NCBI GenBank assembly: GCA_965153455.1
Contig: OZ234493.1
Location: 6,686,213-6,750,212, forward strand
Direction: 5' to 3'
Length of the DNA stretch: 64,000 nt
From: Sphagnum compactum
Lineage: Eukaryota
In this document: in pieces, positions 63,191 to 64,000 of the stretch
Layout of the letters: each line of letters opens with the position of its first letter
Numbering within the stretch: the first letter of the stretch is position 1
The notes under the pieces: generated by a model
Seen by the model: only the letters and a program-made list of their open reading frames with translations
What the model was told of the DNA's origin: nothing
The model's database searches: none
Made by a program: the position numbers and the translations under genes

Positions 63191-64000
63191 GCTGAGCTTC
63201 TAGCTGCTGTTGAAGGGCCGCCAAAACAACCAAAGCATTACCATGTTGCGCAATGAGTGCACACATACGTTCTTGTATGTCTTCGAGCATTATGGAGAAT
63301 ATATGTTAAGTTTGTTGCTAATATTGATATCAAAGTCTTGGAAGGGGGTCTCTCCTGCACTCTTGTCTGCTCGTGTCGTGTGTGCATGTATACCTTTTTT
63401 GATGTATTTGTTGCCCTACCTATTAGCTAGACTGCTTGTTTTATTTTGCTTCAAACTCACCCTCGTAGGATCAGTCTCCCCCTTGTTTACACAAAACACT
63501 CCTCGTGGTGTGACCATAGAAAGTGGGTCAAACTTATCCAAATATATCTCCACGGACAGCCTCATCCTGGCCCACATCAATAACACAAAAACACTGTCAG
63601 CTTTCTAGTGTAAGTCTGAGCCAGCCTTTTTATTTATTGGAAAAATTTCGCAGAAAAGTGAATTGAAAAATTGAAAAATTGAAAAAGAAGTGTTTATGAG
63701 GGGAAAAATAGTAAATAGTAATACTATTTAAAAATTTGGATCACATAAGGTTTCAATCTTTTTGAAAAATTTAGACTCATGAGTTAATAATTTCATTGGC
63801 AAAGTAATACCCCTGGTTATCAATTTACTTGAGTTTTTTTTTAAATAATACATTATGCTTACAGGTCAGTTTTCAAATACTCACCTTGCAAACCACAAGT
63901 TATATCTCGACTCATGAAAAGCCAAGGTAACATGTGCAAAGGATTGGAGTAATGACAAAGCTGCCAAATGAAGAAGGGAAAAACCTTGCCAAAAATATTT

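Overview
Eukaryotic, intron-containing, transposon-rich plant DNA. Gene content and repeat style suggest a bryophyte or moss; this is an inference. Four host genes look intact: a two-exon UVI4/OSD1 (POLYCHOME/GIGAS)-like APC/C inhibitor (14875-15913,+), a ten-exon single-pass receptor-like kinase of the At1g80640 type lacking two catalytic residues (17177-21019,-), an intronless plastid-targeted protein resembling a cyanobacterial PH-domain membrane protein (33799-34515,+), and a two-exon pPLAIII-type patatin (35405-36874,-). A fifth gene appears to start at the left edge (- strand, ATG at 37), and its putative TATA/TSS region is amplified as five tandem ~176-bp copies. Mobile elements: a decayed Ty3/gypsy pol, a restriction-like-endonuclease non-LTR retroelement (two fragments), a full-length decayed hAT with TIRs and TSD, a decayed Helitron joined to a short non-autonomous Helitron, several MITEs and two long-TIR foldbacks. 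The 37.5-47 kb region holds decayed unusual genes, notably a fungal-style Uma2-like PD-(D/E)xK nuclease pseudogene lying head-to-head with a kinase plus putative G-domain fusion pseudogene. No rRNA, intact tRNA or CRISPR array was found. All calls come from manual reading without database searches.
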